Source: Tubiluchus corallicola (taxonomy: Eukaryota > Animalia > Priapulida). From it: a DNA stretch of 64,000 nt. Each line of letters starts with the position of its first letter. Within the stretch, counting starts at the first letter, position 1. This document shows positions 32,714 through 64,000 of this stretch, piece after piece. The DNA lies in the NCBI GenBank assembly GCA_030141605.1, contig JAQGDQ010000111.1, positions 62,001 through 126,000 on the forward strand, in the 5' to 3' direction. The position numbers were made by a program, and so were the translations under genes. A model generated the notes under the pieces. That model was not told where the DNA came from. It ran no database searches and saw only the letters and a program-made list of their open reading frames with translations.

Positions 32714-34767
32714 ACAAGATAGGAGAACTGATGAACAATCATAGTGTGGGCTAAATCTAAAAACTATTTTAGTTTTTAATTGCTCCACTCAAATAATGCA
32801 ATGTTTTTTAATATTTAGCTTTATTCCAAAACAAGATTTAATTCTTTGTTAATTGCGATTAATGTGCCTCGGATTCAGCAGAATGACAAACGGGAATGTA
32901 TTGCATTTGGTTGTTGCTATGTCTAGGTACCGGTACGCATACCCTATTTTTACTCAGATTTATTTTTTTGTTATACTAATAACTGTTCTGCTGCTTCAAA
33001 CTTCCAACGCTAATGTTGGTACAATTTCAGCAAGGATGGAAATTAAGATCTCAAGAGGCTCTAAACACTGAAAAGATTGTGGGATCCTCATACATGTGAA
33101 ATTCACAATAAAAACAATACTAAATGAAATTTTATCGTTCACTATGAAGAAAAACTTGGCATTAGTTTTGCTTTACATAAAACATGACACAGAGATGACT
33201 CTAAATCTTATAAAGGGACAGCCATTACCCAAATATACATACCAATTGCATACCAACAAATATAGAGCAGCTTATTGCAAAAGATTAGCATTATACAGTG
33301 AACAAATCTTACCATAGCAAACACAGTACAAACAAGCTGCTCAAGCTGCTCAGTAGCCAGTAGCCAGAATCTCGTTGCCCATCTGTACCGTCATTATTGT
33401 AGAGAAACACAGAAACCGCCATACAAATTCCAGTATATTTTACCTTTCTATAATTATTCACGTTGAAAAAAAACACTTTCAAATTGAGTTATTCCCATGA
33501 GACCCCAAAAGCACATTATTATTTTGCTTAATGTTTAATCCACTGTTGTGTTGTAGTTGGTAGTCAGGATTTGGTAGTTAGTTGCTTAATTCAGGAGCCG
33601 GCTATAGTAAATATATTACATAAACTTCTGAAACTGCAACAAACACAAGAATCTTAATAATCATGCATCACAATTAAGGAAAGTTAAGTAGTGGCCCGGT
33701 AACGAAGCAAGCACAAATCCTTGATAATGTCAGTAATGCTAATACTTGACTGGAGTACTGACAATTAAGTAACATTGTGGTAATTTGCACATTGTCTTAC
33801 AATCGAATGCTACTGATACATATTATTCTTCACCTGCAGTTGACAACCCAACACACTGTAGTTTCTAACTAAACACTGACAATTGCAATTGCCAATGGAT
33901 CCTCTGTCGACATATTAAAAGGCACTACACACAATTCATCAGTGCACTTTTTGCGACGACACAAATAATTTAGGTTTTAATTTTGGATAATTTAGCGCCC
34001 AAAGATGACTGGTGTTACCTGGGATGTTATCAAGATTTCATAAAGCACATTAGCACACAGCATAAGTTATTCTTTTCAGTTTTACAATTCCTATGTAGTT
34101 GTATCCATATTTTTAAGACACATTATGGTAATTTCCAAGACACAGAATTAGACAAAGTTCGTATTGTGGATAGACACTAGACTTCTTGTAGTGCTATATA
34201 CTAGAACATAATATTTACATGTAATCAGAGAGTTTAATGAACTTAATCAGAAGACATAAATTATATTCACACAGCTCGAATCCAATTGCGCAATAATACT
34301 TAAAGGCCTGTTCACACACGGGAACTATATTGTACCAGGTTACTACGTTGATAACGTTACACATGTTTTCAGCAACCCCGCGAACATAGTCATGAGTAGA
34401 AATCTAGTGGTCGTAGATAACAACGGCCGAATCGAAGAGTTTGCCTATTGACGGCACTCGTGATGTTCTAGCTAGATGGAAGAACAGTTCTGATTATTAA
34501 GTCTTATCCGGAGTAAAGATGATGGCCTTAATATGGTCGTCATATGTTTAACGTGAAGGCGCTTTGTGAAGTATATTTGTGCTACTGTCATTATTCGTAA
34601 TTATTTCTCAATTCTAGTTCGCCCGAGAAAGCTTTTTCACGGCTTGTTACTGTTAGTAGCATCCGGACTTTGTAGCATCCAAATCAATTTGTAAAGCGAA
34701 GTTTATTTTCAGTGTTTCACTTTTGGTGTTTGGAATGACATTACCACTGAAATAATAAAGGTCTAAA

Positions 34768-61538
<26,771 letters not shown>

Positions 61539-61843
61539 TGACAGTGTAGCTACAGCGACCGTTCTAGTTACAGTGTACTGCTTGTGAGGGCAGTTCTTAT
61601 TTGGAGTATTGTAACCAAAAACATTTTTTGTATTTCAGATTTTTACACCTGACACTTTATTGGGTATAAACGTTGATACAGAACAAAGTATTTAACAAAT
61701 CGTAGTAATGATTATGTTTAATATAGGTGTAATCCCAATTATCTCAGATTTTGATAATAATAGTGATGAAAATGCATTACTTAGCTTAACTGCATTTCAA
61801 ATAGTTTGTGTTACGCATATTTCATGTTAAATTGTTCACTCTA

Positions 61844-61849
61844 AATAAA
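61844..61849 (+). terminator. candidate WASHC4 polyadenylation signal
   Basis: AATAAA (tandem AATAAAATAAA) about 300 nt after the stop. Confidence 0.5.
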
Positions 61850-64000
61850 ATAAATTTTATCATGTTGAATAGTTCATAACAAAATCAAAACTTCAAGCAC
61901 TGATTCTGTAAAACGTTGAATGACAACAGTTTGCAGTTAGTGGGAACAGGCCGTCTAATCAAAATTTGTTCTTTCCAAGTGGAATAAAATTTCTTTCTTT
62001 AATTTCAGCTGTAAGAAGCTTAAGCTTCTCATTGTTGTTTGAGATTTTGAATTTTCACATGATTGGTATGTGAAACAGGTAACTGATAATTGATGATTGA
62101 AATAGGTAACTATACATGTGAACCTACTTCACCTGCCAGGTAAAATCTCCAACTCTTTTGTAATAGTTTGGTGCTCTGCAAACCAGAATCTTATCTCTCA
62201 ATGGCAAATCATATTGTACAGGTTGAAAGGACTTTGCCAGAACGATAACCATGCCAGTAGCTAATACCAAGCACATGTAATCCTTTGAGAATAGATATTG
62301 GACAAGCAGAGGTCACTTAGCCACACACAGATGCACAAACACATTTCCTCAATGAAAGAAATGGCTGGTGTAATATGACAGATGGAACCATGCAGCTTCC
62401 ATTTATCCAGCAGTGAGCAGTCGCCCATTTATTTACTAACTAGATTTGGTGCTGCTTAACTTTCCTAGACTTCATAAAAAATGGTGGTGCCCAGCGATTG
62501 TTTGATTCTGGATTTTTTTTTGGTTTACATATGGCTTCACAAAAATTTAGCATATTGAGCATTTTGTATAACTTGCTTGTTAAAACTAGAGTAATTATAG
62601 TTGTTGTTATAAATATATTGTTACATTGTGGTGGTAAAAACTGTTTAAATTTATGTAATAAAAGTATTGTATGTGACATAATAAATGCATTTTTAACTTT
62701 ATTTCTTTATTAATGTGATACTTCATTGATCCAAAAACTTTTCTAATAGTCAGGCAGAGTTAAATTACCAACAACTTTTTATGATGCATGTACTTTACAG
62801 TCAAATGATACCATAATGCTTTCTTATTATGCACATAGGTGGTGCCACATATTGATTATTAGTCTCATGACAACATTGGTTTTGCACAATATATCCCACT
62901 AAAGTGTTTTCAGTGTCTGCTGAATCTCCTACTGAGACTATTCTTGGAGAAAACACGAACTTTTAACTGACAGTAGTACATTGAATGGATGTAGCTTAAC
63001 CAAAACACGAAAAAAATGCTTAAAAATTGTTTGCCTGTTTATTTTGCTGTCAAGCAGTATTTCTAGGAAACTTAAAAAAATGCGACACTTTTTACCACTG
63101 TTGAGAACTGCATTTTTAATTTCTTATTCGTACTGTGTAAGTACTGAGATTATGAGAGTACAGCTGTCGAATTGTAGCCGTAAGCGAAACTGTTTTAATT
63201 GAACGTCCCCTCTCATTTACGTTTGCTTTTCAATGCTTGGCCAACTTCTCTGAGTAACACCCACTGAGAAAACATCAAACACTCACGTACCAAACAGACT
63301 GGAAAAATTGGAAAAATGCTTTGCCTGCCGAAATGATTTTCTTTTATAATTTCACATTTCTTGACACGAATGTAAGGTTTCTAAAGTTTCAGTCAACAGT
63401 ACAAAAAATTTTGATGCGAAATGAGATAACAAAATTTAATACAGCAAGTACGTAAAAAACAGATGGCAATTTTATCCACAGATACGAGATTGCTATTTAT
63501 TTTTTGTACAGCCCAGAGTTTGCCAGCTGGGATTCAGCAGTTAACCCAGTGTAGGTGGCTGTGGCAGGATTAGAACCTCTAGAATCTCATCAATTACGGC
63601 AATTTCTAAGATGAAACACTGTTCCAACAGGGGAGTTTGAGCGACATTCGCCTGTGTCTACATTCTTCCTCAACGACATAAATACAGTTGGGCCGGATGG
63701 CAGACCAAACCGCTCAGATTGAGTACCTATTGAAGTGACAGTTACTCGTTGTTCACCAACCAGGCATTATTTAAGTTTGGCAGCCAAACATGCGCAGTAA
63801 TCAACAGGCCTAATCACATTTTTATTCATCTTGCCCATTGCTTGACAAAGTTGAGACATCTTGGCTACATGCATTAATAATATAATGCAAAGTTTATATA
63901 GGAACAAGCATACATTTTGGCACAGTAAGGCTAAAGTATCGGATCTGTCACTTCTGTTTGGAAGTCGAAAAGCAACCAAAACTTGGTAAATTGCCATACG

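Noticed and set aside
63590-63997. Minus-strand ORF continuing in frame past a TAA
   Set aside because: No recognisable domain or splice support; could be the UTR of a gene beyond the window.

Overview
This is AT-rich, intron-dense genomic DNA from an invertebrate animal; it is not prokaryotic and contains no CRISPR array. Four protein-coding genes can be reconstructed by hand with phase-consistent GT-AG splicing. (1) A divergent subfamily-1 nuclear receptor (+, 7 coding exons, 4100-21426, ~1027 aa) with a huge 2010-nt low-complexity hinge exon. (2) A secreted single-domain C-type lectin (-, 3 exons, 29394-26342) whose last exon carries a 1-nt frameshift at GGC-TGA-C just before the final WxD/Cys/FIC motifs. 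(3) A leucine-rich-repeat surface protein with a single coding exon and two duplicated LRR modules (+, 31094-32713), head-to-head with the lectin. (4) A complete WASHC4/SWIP orthologue (+, 27 coding exons, 34768-61538, ~1150 aa). Introns hold many non-autonomous transposons: hAT, Tc1/mariner-pogo and Kolobok-like MITEs, an L2 LINE relic, LINE-like 3' tails and a solo LTR. They also hold five copies of an apparently chimeric tRNA/5S-rRNA-headed SINE. All family assignments come from motif recognition, not database searches.
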